Origin: Planctomycetota bacterium | GTDB lineage: Bacteria > Planctomycetota > UBA8108 > SXIK01 | Direction of reading: 5' to 3' | NCBI GenBank assembly: GCA_965223265.1 | Contig: OZ244999.1 | Coordinates: 3,744,001 to 3,808,000, forward strand | Length of the DNA stretch: 64,000 bases | In this document: one piece after another, positions 55,772 through 64,000 of the stretch | How positions within the stretch are numbered: position 1 is the first letter of the stretch | Layout: each line of letters opens with the position of its first letter | Made by a program: the position numbers and the translations under genes | Notes under the pieces: generated by a model | Told to the model about the DNA's origin: nothing | Database searches by the model: none | Seen by the model: only the letters and a program-made list of their open reading frames with translations

Positions 55772-55918
55772 AAAGCTCAGCGTGGGGCGTGACCGGGAGT
55801 TACGCTGGCAGGTTCCAAAACTTCACAGCCGCTCCTGCATGCCGTAGTGTGAAACAAGAGCGACGGTGTACGGGAGCGTGCCGGCCGCGGGTTGATCGTG
55901 GCCACGCGGCCGGAGATT

Positions 55919-57448
55919 TCAAGGCGCCGCCGTCGCTTCGAGTAGCCGGGTAAGCTCGCTGCGGAGCTCCGCCAGCTTCGACATGGCAGACTCCTCGCGC
56001 ACAAGGTTCTTGAGCTCGAAGGGATCGGTGCCAAGATCGTAGAGCTCATCCATCCCTTCCAGCGTTGGGTACCGAATCAGCTTCCAACCCTCGGTGCGCA
56101 CCGCTTGCCAATCGGGAACGCGAGGCACGATCTCTTCGAGAAAGTGCTCGGCGAGAATCGACTGGCGCCATGGCTGCCGCCCACGGCCGAGAAGCGGGAC
56201 AAACGAGCGTCCATGGATCGGCTCCGGCCAGTTGACTCCGGCGAGCTCGAAAAGAGTGGGCGCGACGTCAACGCTAAGAAGAAGTTCTGTACGCTCGATG
56301 CCAGCCGGGATGCCCGCCGGCCAGCGCAGCACAAACGGCACACGCAGGCACTCGTCGTACGCCCATCGTTTCTGGTTGAACTCACCGTGCTCTCCGAGGA
56401 GATAGCCGTTGTCGCTCGTAAACATGACGAGCGTCGAGTCGAGGAGACCGCGGGTAGAAAGCACGCTCAGGATCGAGCCGACGCCGTCGTCGATGGAGGC
56501 GAGGCAGCGCATGCGGTCGCGAATGACCGCATCTCGGTCCCGCGGTCGACCGCGGCGCGGCTCACCGCGCTCGGGCGAAGAGTCGCGCAGATAACGCCAA
56601 ATCGGCTGCTGCGTCTTCACCTTGCGGCGCATGGCCGGTTTGCCGCTGAGATCGTCATCGGCACTCGGTGGGGGAGAGTAGACGACGTCAGCGTAGAGAT
56701 CATCATGTCGATTCGCAGGTAGATACGGTGCGTGCACCGCCTTGTGCGAGACCACAAGACAAAACGGCTGGCGGCGGTGCTGGCGTAGATAGTCCGTCAC
56801 CCAGTCGTTCAAGAGGTCGGTGGCATAGCCGGTCGTCTGCTGGCGATGCCCGTTGACGTTGACCACCGGGTCGATGAATTCGCCCTGCCCTTTGAAGCTG
56901 ATCCAATGGTCAAATCCGGGTCGACGGCTGTCGTCGAAGCCCATGTGCCATTTGCCGATAAACGCCGTCTCGTAGCGCGCCTCCTCGCGCAGTATGCGCG
57001 GAAACGTCATCAGACGATGGCTCAGTACGTCGAGTCCCTGCTTGTCGTTGTTGATGACTCGGTGCGAGTGAGGATAGAGGCCGGTGAGGAAGCTGGCGCG
57101 ACTCGGCGAGCAAAGCGGTGAGGTGACGAAGAAGTTCGTGAACCGGGCCCCTTCACGAGCCAAGCGATCGATGTGGGGTGTCTTCATCGAAGGATGCCCG
57201 GTGCAGCCGAGTGCGTCGGCACGCAGGTCATCCGCGATGATGAAGACGAAGTTCGGTTTTGTCGGTGTGGCCCTGGAATCGTCGACGCCAGCGCCTCGGG
57301 CGTTCCTGGCGAGAAGGCCAAGCAGAACGGCGAGGCCGAACGCAAAGACATGCCGGAAGCGGTCTACTTGCAAAACGGCGGACGGGGATAGAGTGAGTCT
57401 GTGCGCGCTGCGCGCTCTCTGCAGTGGCGAGATCGTCGTTGGTATCAT
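55919..57448 (-). CDS. Formylglycine-dependent sulfatase (S1)
   Basis: PNFVFIIADD, CSPSRASFLTG, GKWH, HKAVH, SDNG, ELYDL..DPFE. Confidence 0.93.
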   Translation of the reverse strand: MIPTTISPLQRARSAHRLTLSPSAVLQVDRFRHVFAFGLAVLLGLLARNARGAGVDDSRATPTKPNFVFIIADDLRADALGCTGHPSMKTPHIDRLAREGARFTNFFVTSPLCSPSRASFLTGLYPHSHRVINNDKQGLDVLSHRLMTFPRILREEARYETAFIGKWHMGFDDSRRPGFDHWISFKGQGEFIDPVVNVNGHRQQTTGYATDLLNDWVTDYLRQHRRQPFCLVVSHKAVHAPYLPANRHDDLYADVVYSPPPSADDDLSGKPAMRRKVKTQQPIWRYLRDSSPERGEPRRGRPRDRDAVIRDRMRCLASIDDGVGSILSVLSTRGLLDSTLVMFTSDNGYLLGEHGEFNQKRWAYDECLRVPFVLRWPAGIPAGIERTELLLSVDVAPTLFELAGVNWPEPIHGRSFVPLLGRGRQPWRQSILAEHFLEEIVPRVPDWQAVRTEGWKLIRYPTLEGMDELYDLGTDPFELKNLVREESAMSKLAELRSELTRLLEATAAP

Positions 57449-57571
57449 TCCGCGAGTCTAACCGCGCCGTCGAAGTTGAGCGAGAGGCAGATCTCTCCGG
57501 CCCCTCGTTCTGCGCGAAAAAGATCCGGCCGCGAATCTCACGTTGTTCGTTCGATCCCGCATGCGGCACGA

Positions 57572-58273
57572 TCAAGGCGCTTCTGCCAACGCCGCCGCAA
57601 CGTCGTGCAAACTCTCAACGACCCAGTCCGCCGCCTCAAGGTGCGCAGCGGCAAACGTATTCGTCACGGCAGCACAGCGCATGCCCGCGCGCGCCGCGGC
57701 TTCGACGCCGCGCGGGCTATCCTCGATCACGAGGCACTCCGAGGCCGAAAGATCTGGCACGCCCTGCCGCTGCAGTTTCTCCAGCGCCCGCAGGAAGGGT
57801 TCCGGATGCGGCTTGGAGCGGACACCGTCACTGGACGAGACGATCACCGGAAAATGTCTCTGCAAGCCATCACACTCAAGAATCGTCACGATCTCGTCGT
57901 GAAAAGCGCCGCTAGCGATTGCCAACGCTACGTGGTCCGCCGCGGCGTCGATGAGCTCGGTCACTCCGCCAAAGAGGCGGACTTGTCCGAGTCGATCTCG
58001 ATAGATCCTGCCTTTTCGTGCCACGATCTCGTCGCACAACTGGGGCGAGAGGGGCCGCCCGGCGGCCTCGAACGCCAGGTGGACGCAGCCTTCATCGTTG
58101 ACGCCGACAAAGCTCTCAGCGTTCTGCTGCGGCGAAATCACAATCCCCTCAGGCTCGAGCGCAGCATGCAGCGCGTCGTAGTGGTGCGGTTCGGTGTCCG
58201 CCACAACCCCGTCAAAATCGAACACCAGCGCCCGCAAGCCACGACAGACCGCACGCGACTTCTCCCAGATCAT
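57572..58273 (-). CDS. HAD-superfamily phosphatase (beta-PGM-like)
   Basis: FDFDGVVADTE, IASG, KPHPE, IEDSPRG. Confidence 0.9.
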   Translation of the reverse strand: MIWEKSRAVCRGLRALVFDFDGVVADTEPHHYDALHAALEPEGIVISPQQNAESFVGVNDEGCVHLAFEAAGRPLSPQLCDEIVARKGRIYRDRLGQVRLFGGVTELIDAAADHVALAIASGAFHDEIVTILECDGLQRHFPVIVSSSDGVRSKPHPEPFLRALEKLQRQGVPDLSASECLVIEDSPRGVEAAARAGMRCAAVTNTFAAAHLEAADWVVESLHDVAAALAEAP

Positions 58274-58296
58274 GAGGTTCTTTTCTCCACCTCGAC

Positions 58297-59379
58297 TCAG
58301 GAGCGTTCCCGCGGCGTGACGACGTCACGGATCAAACTTGCCCTGAGCCCCCAAACACCGTCGGGATCGACAGTCTCGGCGGCGCGCAGATCAGCGATCG
58401 AGCTCGCGGCGTCTTTCAGCCGCGCGTGACAGAAGGCGCGAAGAAACAAACCTTCGAGCCGAACGCGCGCCGTGATCTCCTTGGCGAGCAGTCGGTCGAG
58501 CACCTTGACCGCGCCCTCGGTTTGCTTCAGCGCGATGCGAGTTCGCGCCAGCGCCAGACTTGCCTGGTGAATCTCGGCGGCCTGGTCGCCCGACGTGGTG
58601 TCGACCACTTTTTCAAAGTGCCGAGCCGCTTCTTCCGCCTTGCCCGCGGCGCGGTACATGTCGCCGAGGTCGAGATGCACACCACTGGCGTCAGGGTGAC
58701 GCTTGAGGAAGGCCTCGAGCAATTGAACCGCTTCTTCGCCGTTTCCAGCGGCAAACAAAGCGCGTGCGTACACTCGCTGAGCGTCAGCATCGTCCGGCGA
58801 TTCGGCCGCCGCAGCGCTGAACTTTTTCATGTCGGCGGAAGACTGAATCGCTTTCGAAGCCTCCGAAAGAAAGGCCTCCGGCGGCCGGAATCCGACGATG
58901 CGCTTGATCTCGGCACCCGACGGCGAGAGAAAAAGAATGGTGGGATAACCCTCGACACCGTACCTGGTCCGCAGGTCCGCCCTCTTGTCGCCATCGACCT
59001 TGACGGAGATCAGGCGATCACGCACAAAGCGAATCACGGACTCGTCGCCGTACGTCTCGCGGTCGAGTTTTTTACAAAAGCCGCACCACGTGGTCCAGAA
59101 ATCGACCATGATCGGCCGCGACTCCTTCTTCGCCGCCGCCACCGCAGCTTCGAAGCTCGGCTGCCAGGTGATTCCAGAGTCGTCCGGCGTCGCAGCGTCT
59201 TCAGTCTTTGCCGGCGCCGGCTTCGCCTCTTCACTCTCAGCCACTGCGAGCGCCCCTGAGCCGAAGCTGAAAAGTATGATCCAAATCACGAGGCCGCGAT
59301 CAAAGAATCGCCGCGGGAGAGTGCTCCCCTCGAAGTCTGTCTTCTGCGCAACTGGGCTTCCCTGAGGCGTACAGTGCAT
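58297..59379 (-). CDS. Thioredoxin-fold + TPR protein
   Basis: Signal/TM, DFWTTWCGFC, GYPT, TPR helices. Confidence 0.85.
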   Translation of the reverse strand: MHCTPQGSPVAQKTDFEGSTLPRRFFDRGLVIWIILFSFGSGALAVAESEEAKPAPAKTEDAATPDDSGITWQPSFEAAVAAAKKESRPIMVDFWTTWCGFCKKLDRETYGDESVIRFVRDRLISVKVDGDKRADLRTRYGVEGYPTILFLSPSGAEIKRIVGFRPPEAFLSEASKAIQSSADMKKFSAAAAESPDDADAQRVYARALFAAGNGEEAVQLLEAFLKRHPDASGVHLDLGDMYRAAGKAEEAARHFEKVVDTTSGDQAAEIHQASLALARTRIALKQTEGAVKVLDRLLAKEITARVRLEGLFLRAFCHARLKDAASSIADLRAAETVDPDGVWGLRASLIRDVVTPRERS

Positions 59380-59409
59380 CGTGCTACTCGCTTTCTTCGA
59401 TTGCTTGCG

Positions 59410-60741
59410 TCATCGCAGAAGCCGCGCGTCCGCCCACGCTGCGTGGTCGCCAAAATCGACGCCATCCTCGCCGTAATCAACCACCAATCGGAGACGGCGA
59501 ACGCCTCCAATCGGCACGACGAACTTTTCCGCTGCGTCCGTCTTCTGTAGGGCTTTCTCGTAGATCGTCTTGCCGTCAGCGACAATTCGGTACGTCACGC
59601 CGGAATCGGCACCCGCCCCGTCCACCAAGCCGAGCGTCGCAGCGAACGATTCGTAGTCGCCATCCATGGCGAACTCCAGCGAACTGCGTGCATGCACTCC
59701 GAGGCCACGACGAAAATGCTTGCCATGGATGCGGATCGGACCGCCAGTGGTGGCTTGGTCCTTGCGCCACCCGAAAGCGGATTTCGAACCGATCAAGGGC
59801 TTCTCGTCGACGCTGACCGGTTCAAGGTCGGAAAGAAACCTGACTCTGTCGCTATAGAAACGGATCCTCGCCACCGCACTGAGGGGCACGGCTTGAAGAT
59901 CACTGGCATCGCTGCCATGAAAGCGGACGTGAAGCTTACTCGCCTCGCGCTCGCGGCCAAGTTTCGCGACGTAGACCGGTAACATTCCGCCGCGACGCAG
60001 CTCGAGGAGTGCCGGGATCCCGACCTCGGTCCGCTTGACGGCGATGGGAGCCAAAATCGCTGCGTATATACGCTCCCGCCGGATCGTCCGCGTTCGACCT
60101 TGGTATTCCATGCGCAGCTCGTCGGCTGTGAGTTGCCGCACGGTGCCATCGACGCGCAGAAGTTGGTTCCGACGTTGAACGTAGACTCGATCGTGCGCGA
60201 GTTGCCGCTCAAGATCGTGACCGCGTCCCGAAATCTGCCGTGCACGCCACGCCGCTACGTCGCTTCGAAAGAGCGAGTCCGGCGAGGGAATTGACTGGAA
60301 GCGAAAACCGAAGATTAAGTGCGCCGGCACCTGGAGCTGGCCGACGTCGTCGATACTGACGTTCGCGGTGACGCCATCGGATGCGATCACGTCTGCGCGC
60401 ACAACTTCGCCGCTGCGAAACCAGAGCAAGGGACGTCGCACCTTCCCGGGATCAAAATCGGCGAGCTTCGCGACCTCCTCGTCCGAGACGAACTGAATCG
60501 TCGCGACTTCGTACACCGCGAGCGTCTCGTCGTGGCCAGCGACGCGCAACGTCTCCCCGCCGAGCGACAGGAGAGAGCCTTCGATGCGGCGGTCGTCATT
60601 GAGCACGACGGTGTCAGCGCCGACGAAAGAACCAGACACTAAAATGCAGAAAAGTGCCACGCTTGCACCGAGGAGCCAACGCGACGCGACGCGACACATG
60701 GCTTTCATGTCACCGGCATCATCCCCACCGCCGGTTCTCAC
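59410..60741 (-). CDS. NPCBM/NEW2 domain protein
   Basis: C-terminal FLSDLEP..RGLGVHA..DGK..LRLVVD..GDHAAWADARL; GTG 60741 with GAGGAGG SD and GTGA overlap (track start 61023 is spurious). Confidence 0.85.
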   Translation of the reverse strand: MRTGGGDDAGDMKAMCRVASRWLLGASVALFCILVSGSFVGADTVVLNDDRRIEGSLLSLGGETLRVAGHDETLAVYEVATIQFVSDEEVAKLADFDPGKVRRPLLWFRSGEVVRADVIASDGVTANVSIDDVGQLQVPAHLIFGFRFQSIPSPDSLFRSDVAAWRARQISGRGHDLERQLAHDRVYVQRRNQLLRVDGTVRQLTADELRMEYQGRTRTIRRERIYAAILAPIAVKRTEVGIPALLELRRGGMLPVYVAKLGREREASKLHVRFHGSDASDLQAVPLSAVARIRFYSDRVRFLSDLEPVSVDEKPLIGSKSAFGWRKDQATTGGPIRIHGKHFRRGLGVHARSSLEFAMDGDYESFAATLGLVDGAGADSGVTYRIVADGKTIYEKALQKTDAAEKFVVPIGGVRRLRLVVDYGEDGVDFGDHAAWADARLLR

Positions 60742-61958
60742 CGGACATCCTCCTCGTCGCTCAGCCTCTTGAAGTACTCCTTGAGAAGGCGTTCGTAACG
60801 CGGCGACAACTTTCCGGAGTAGCTCTGCAGTGCGCGCGCACCGTCTTTCGCCTTGAGCTGTCCCCAAACAGTTCCGGGGTGGCCACGCGAAACACCGTGT
60901 AGAAGCACACGCCCCTCTGCCTGCACGAGCTGTGAGAAACGCGCCGGGCTTCGGCTTCGGTTGCCGCCGGGCTTGCCGCCACGACACTGTCCCTGACAGT
61001 TGCCGCCACCGCAGTTGCCACATGTGTTGCGCTCGCGCGCCTCCTGCAATTCGATCAGTTTGTCGAGCGCCGTCAGAATCTCGGTCTCTCGCACCTGCGT
61101 CGGGTCGCTACCGGTGACTTCGTCACTGAGCAGTCTCTCCACTTCGCCCATCCAGTTGGCGACGGTGTGGAGTGGCTTTTGAACAACTCCACTCAGCTCA
61201 TCCAGTCGCTGCTTCACACGTGCGCTCACGCGCTGCGGCACGTCTCGGTAGTCCGTCAGCAAGATCATATACTGCGCAGCCTCGAGAAGCGGTCTTTCAA
61301 GCGCCTCGAAGGCGAGCGCAATCAGTTCACAGGCGCGGTAGTCCTGCACTACGAACAGACGGTGCTTCTCGAGAACAACTTGCGCCAACTCGACCACCGT
61401 GGCGTAGTCATGCTCCTGATCGCCTGCCGAAACGAGATCGTACGTCGACTCCGCCAGAAGAAGCTGCCCATAGGCTGCGACATAGGGGTCTGACGCTCGT
61501 GCAAGCTCCTGCGCGGCGCGTACCGCCGCCTTGGCGTCGCCGCGGCCGAGCGACTCCTTTGCGCGGCCGTATTCGGGGAACAGTTCCGTCAACGCGGTCT
61601 CGATGAAATCGCCAGCGTCGAGACTCAGGGAAGGCTGTGCACAACAACTGCCGTCAGCCTTATGCTCGGCGCCCGCGTGATCTTCGTGGTTCGCGTGTCC
61701 GTCCCCTTCACCCGCGGCGACGTCGGCGTGCTCGTACTCATGGAGCTCGTCAAGCGCTCGTCCGATCTCGTACTCAAGGACAAGAGCTTGGTACTTCAAC
61801 GGATCGACCTGTGCGACCTTGACGAGATGCTGGATGAACGCGGCCGTCTTCTCTTGCGCCGTGAACGCCGATGGGTGCTGCGCCTGGAGCAAAGCGGTGG
61901 GGCCGAAGAACACGACAAACAACAAACCGCAAATCCGATCAGGTCGTGCTGCAAGCAT
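60738..61958 (-). CDS. Secreted hypothetical protein with His-rich and Cys/Gly-rich segments
   Basis: ATG 61958 with GGAG SD; signal peptide; HEYEH..HANHEDH..H..CC; CGNCGGGNCQGQC; C-terminal WGQL..PRYERLLKEYFK. Confidence 0.75.
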   Translation of the reverse strand: MLAARPDRICGLLFVVFFGPTALLQAQHPSAFTAQEKTAAFIQHLVKVAQVDPLKYQALVLEYEIGRALDELHEYEHADVAAGEGDGHANHEDHAGAEHKADGSCCAQPSLSLDAGDFIETALTELFPEYGRAKESLGRGDAKAAVRAAQELARASDPYVAAYGQLLLAESTYDLVSAGDQEHDYATVVELAQVVLEKHRLFVVQDYRACELIALAFEALERPLLEAAQYMILLTDYRDVPQRVSARVKQRLDELSGVVQKPLHTVANWMGEVERLLSDEVTGSDPTQVRETEILTALDKLIELQEARERNTCGNCGGGNCQGQCRGGKPGGNRSRSPARFSQLVQAEGRVLLHGVSRGHPGTVWGQLKAKDGARALQSYSGKLSPRYERLLKEYFKRLSDEEDVR

Positions 61959-62151
61959 TGCGAACTCCCGTTGAAGGCTGAAGTGCCGTTTCACGGCCGG
62001 TCGTCCCAACCGATCGTGACGCAGGAACTCCTGCGCGGCGCCGGGAACTGTACTTGTCATCGTTTTTACCGTCATCAGGGCCGAAACGCTACGAATCTCA
62101 ATGGCATCGAAGCTCGCTGGGAACCGTTTACCGGCCTCTCGGGCGAAGGCG

Positions 62152-64000
62152 TCACCGCTCGCCGACCGCGCCCGCGAGCTTGCGAAGCACGTCCTTAACA
62201 TGCTTTTGTTTGCGGCGGACGGCATCGCACTCAAGCTTTTGTGCCGGTGTGAGGTTTTCAACGCCGAGTCTCTCAGCATCGAAAATCCGCGTCCGCTCGT
62301 TGACGCGAAGCTGCAGCGAGCGAACCATTTTGAGCTCCGCGGACGCAGGAAGCAGCGGCGCCGAGCCGCTCTGCGAGTTGCGTCCCTTGTTGGGATTCGG
62401 GGGCGGTGGATTCTTTTCCGCGACTTCGAGGGCTTTTAGGATCTCTTCGATCGTCGCTTCGATCTGTTTTTGTACCTGTTGGGTTTCGGCGCCGACTTCG
62501 AACGCCGACAGAAGCGACGCCGCGTGCTCAAGGTCGCCGCCGAGGGCGCGAATGATCTGCGGGAAGACAAGCGTCGTGCCGTCCTCCGCAAGGAGATCCG
62601 CCACGTCCTCGGTGATGCGACCAAGCTCGAGCTCGCGACCGGCGAGTCGGCTGGCTGTTTGTCTTTCCCGGCGCCCGATCTCAGGAGCCAACGAATCGTC
62701 CGTTCGGGCAACCACGCGCTGCGCCTCCAGTTTCAGGTGAAGCGAGTTCGTCTGTCGGGATATGCGCCGCTGTTCCTTGAGCATCTTCGTGAACTTGTCC
62801 TTGAGGTACGCCAGGAGCCTGTCACGCAGCGCTTGCTGCAGACGCTCGAGGCTCTCTTCGACCTTCTCTTTTGCAGCATCCAGCTTGGTCAAAGCTTTTT
62901 TCTGACTCGAGCCCGCGCCGCCAGCCTTGCCTTCGCCGAGCTGACCTGAGGCGTTTTGCATGTCGGTGCTGGCCGATTGGATCTCGGTGCGACCCGGGAC
63001 GCCGTCCTCCGACGGCAGGAGTGGCACCGGCTCCTTCATCTTGTCGGCAAGTTTGTCAGTATCCTCTTTCGTTACGTCCTGATCCTTCTGCAGCTTCTCA
63101 AAGTTTCGCTTCAGTCGAAGCCGCTCCAGTTTCTCCCTGGCTGACTGACGTGCGGCTTCGAGAGCTTCGCGCGCCGCGCGGGTTGTGCTCCGCGCCGCGG
63201 TGCCCTCGCCGGCCTCCAAGGCCGCCTGCGCCTTCGTCATCTCCTGCGAGGCGGTGCTGAGCGCCTCTTGGTTGAGCACCGAGCCAGGCTTCGGCGGCTT
63301 TTCAGATGGCGGTTTTTCGCCCGTTGATTCGCCGGGTTGCGGCTTCCCGCCTTGTGGATCACCGGGCTGTGGCCTGCCGGGTTGCGGTTCACCGGGCTGC
63401 CGCTCGCCGGGTTGTGGCCTCTCACCCTGTGGCTCAACAGGCCGTGGCCGGCCGGGTTGCGATGGTCGCGACTCTTTCTCAGACTGACGCTCACGTTCCA
63501 CATCGCGATCGCGCAAGGCGTCCGTATCGCGCTGTACGTCGGACTGCTTCTTCGCCAGGTCGCTGCTCTGCTCCCGGTCCTGCGGCTCCCGAACTGACGC
63601 CTCGAGTTCAGACTGGCGGCGAATCAAATCCTCCAGAATCTCTTGCTCGTTCACAAGTTCCTTCGACTCGACGCCAGCCTTCGCCGCGTCGTCACTTGCC
63701 AGCTTCTCGCGCGTTTCGTCACGAATGATGCCGTCAAGGTCTTTGAGATGCCCCTTCAGGCGCCGGATATGCCGCATCAGCTCGCGTGGATCGATATCCT
63801 CCTGGAGAAGAATCCGCAGGAGGTGCTCTAAGTGGAGACTGACCTCCTTCTGCTCCGCCAGAGCGCGATCGAGCTTGTTTTCGCGGAGATACTCTAGGAC
63901 GCGATCCATATTGTGGACGACCAACCGCCGTCGCGATTCGCGAAACGCGCGTTCAAGCTTAGCGGCGTTGTAGGGCTCAGTGGGGCGCAGCCGCGCAGCG
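62152..64000 (-). CDS. Long coiled-coil DUF4175-like protein (5' end outside window)
   Basis: Frame stays open to the window edge; Q/E/K/A-rich helices; AELKMVRSLQLRVNERT motif; QPG repeats. Confidence 0.8.
   Translation of the reverse strand, partial: AARLRPTEPYNAAKLERAFRESRRRLVVHNMDRVLEYLRENKLDRALAEQKEVSLHLEHLLRILLQEDIDPRELMRHIRRLKGHLKDLDGIIRDETREKLASDDAAKAGVESKELVNEQEILEDLIRRQSELEASVREPQDREQSSDLAKKQSDVQRDTDALRDRDVERERQSEKESRPSQPGRPRPVEPQGERPQPGERQPGEPQPGRPQPGDPQGGKPQPGESTGEKPPSEKPPKPGSVLNQEALSTASQEMTKAQAALEAGEGTAARSTTRAAREALEAARQSAREKLERLRLKRNFEKLQKDQDVTKEDTDKLADKMKEPVPLLPSEDGVPGRTEIQSASTDMQNASGQLGEGKAGGAGSSQKKALTKLDAAKEKVEESLERLQQALRDRLLAYLKDKFTKMLKEQRRISRQTNSLHLKLEAQRVVARTDDSLAPEIGRRERQTASRLAGRELELGRITEDVADLLAEDGTTLVFPQIIRALGGDLEHAASLLSAFEVGAETQQVQKQIEATIEEILKALEVAEKNPPPPNPNKGRNSQSGSAPLLPASAELKMVRSLQLRVNERTRIFDAERLGVENLTPAQKLECDAVRRKQKHVKDVLRKLAGAVGER
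63330..63462 (-). repeat. Degenerate 15-bp coding repeats (PQPGx linker)
   Basis: Encodes SQPGRPRPVEPQGERPQPGERQPGEPQPGRPQPGDPQGGKPQPGE. Confidence 0.7.

Noticed and set aside
60742-61023. N-terminal extension of the NPCBM ORF (and 61959-62279 of the next ORF)
   Set aside because: These extensions overlap neighbouring genes; SD sequences and signal peptides support starts at 60741 and 61958.
63330-63462. Possible CRISPR or DNA-level repeat array
   Set aside because: These are degenerate in-frame 15-bp units encoding a Pro/Gln/Gly linker, with no spacers or cas genes.
1-64000. rRNA, tRNA, tmRNA or RNase P genes
   Set aside because: No cloverleaf or conserved rRNA/ncRNA signature was noticed in the intergenic gaps; a tRNAscan/Infernal run would be needed to exclude them formally.

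Overview
GC-rich bacterial DNA, most likely a Planctomycetota-type genome. That is an inference from the C-terminal dockerin-like motif, formylglycine sulfatase, PQQ/NHL propellers, DUF4175-like coiled-coil genes and GTAG-type REPs. About 50 CDSs are supported; no rRNA, tRNA, CRISPR array, transposase or phage gene was recognised. The main candidate for an undescribed system is a divergently arranged 11-gene cluster at 165-13149. Its leftward arm encodes a cysteine desulfurase, an orphan GcvH-like carrier, a COG0523/CobW-type GTPase, a stand-alone HdrA-N-terminus-like Cys protein, a 2x[4Fe-4S] ferredoxin, a DUF116-polyprenyl synthase fusion, a prenyltransferase-beta-like protein and a squalene-hopene-cyclase-like enzyme. 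Its rightward arm encodes a HemN-like radical SAM enzyme, a chorismate-lyase-like protein and a flavin halogenase-type enzyme. Together they suggest a pathway to a cyclised, modified prenyl-aromatic or Fe-S-dependent isoprenoid of unknown structure. Other highlights: a leaderless vapBC operon with a triplicated -35/operator; an A/T-richer two-gene island with a pore-forming-toxin-like signature; a DUF2946/RAPP arrest-peptide uORF ahead of a metal-uptake operon; an unannotated 37-aa membrane peptide; a VIT/PEP-CTERM protein with a fused exosortase; and a fully fold-back 159-bp MITE next to a REP cluster. All family calls come from motif recognition by eye, without database searches.
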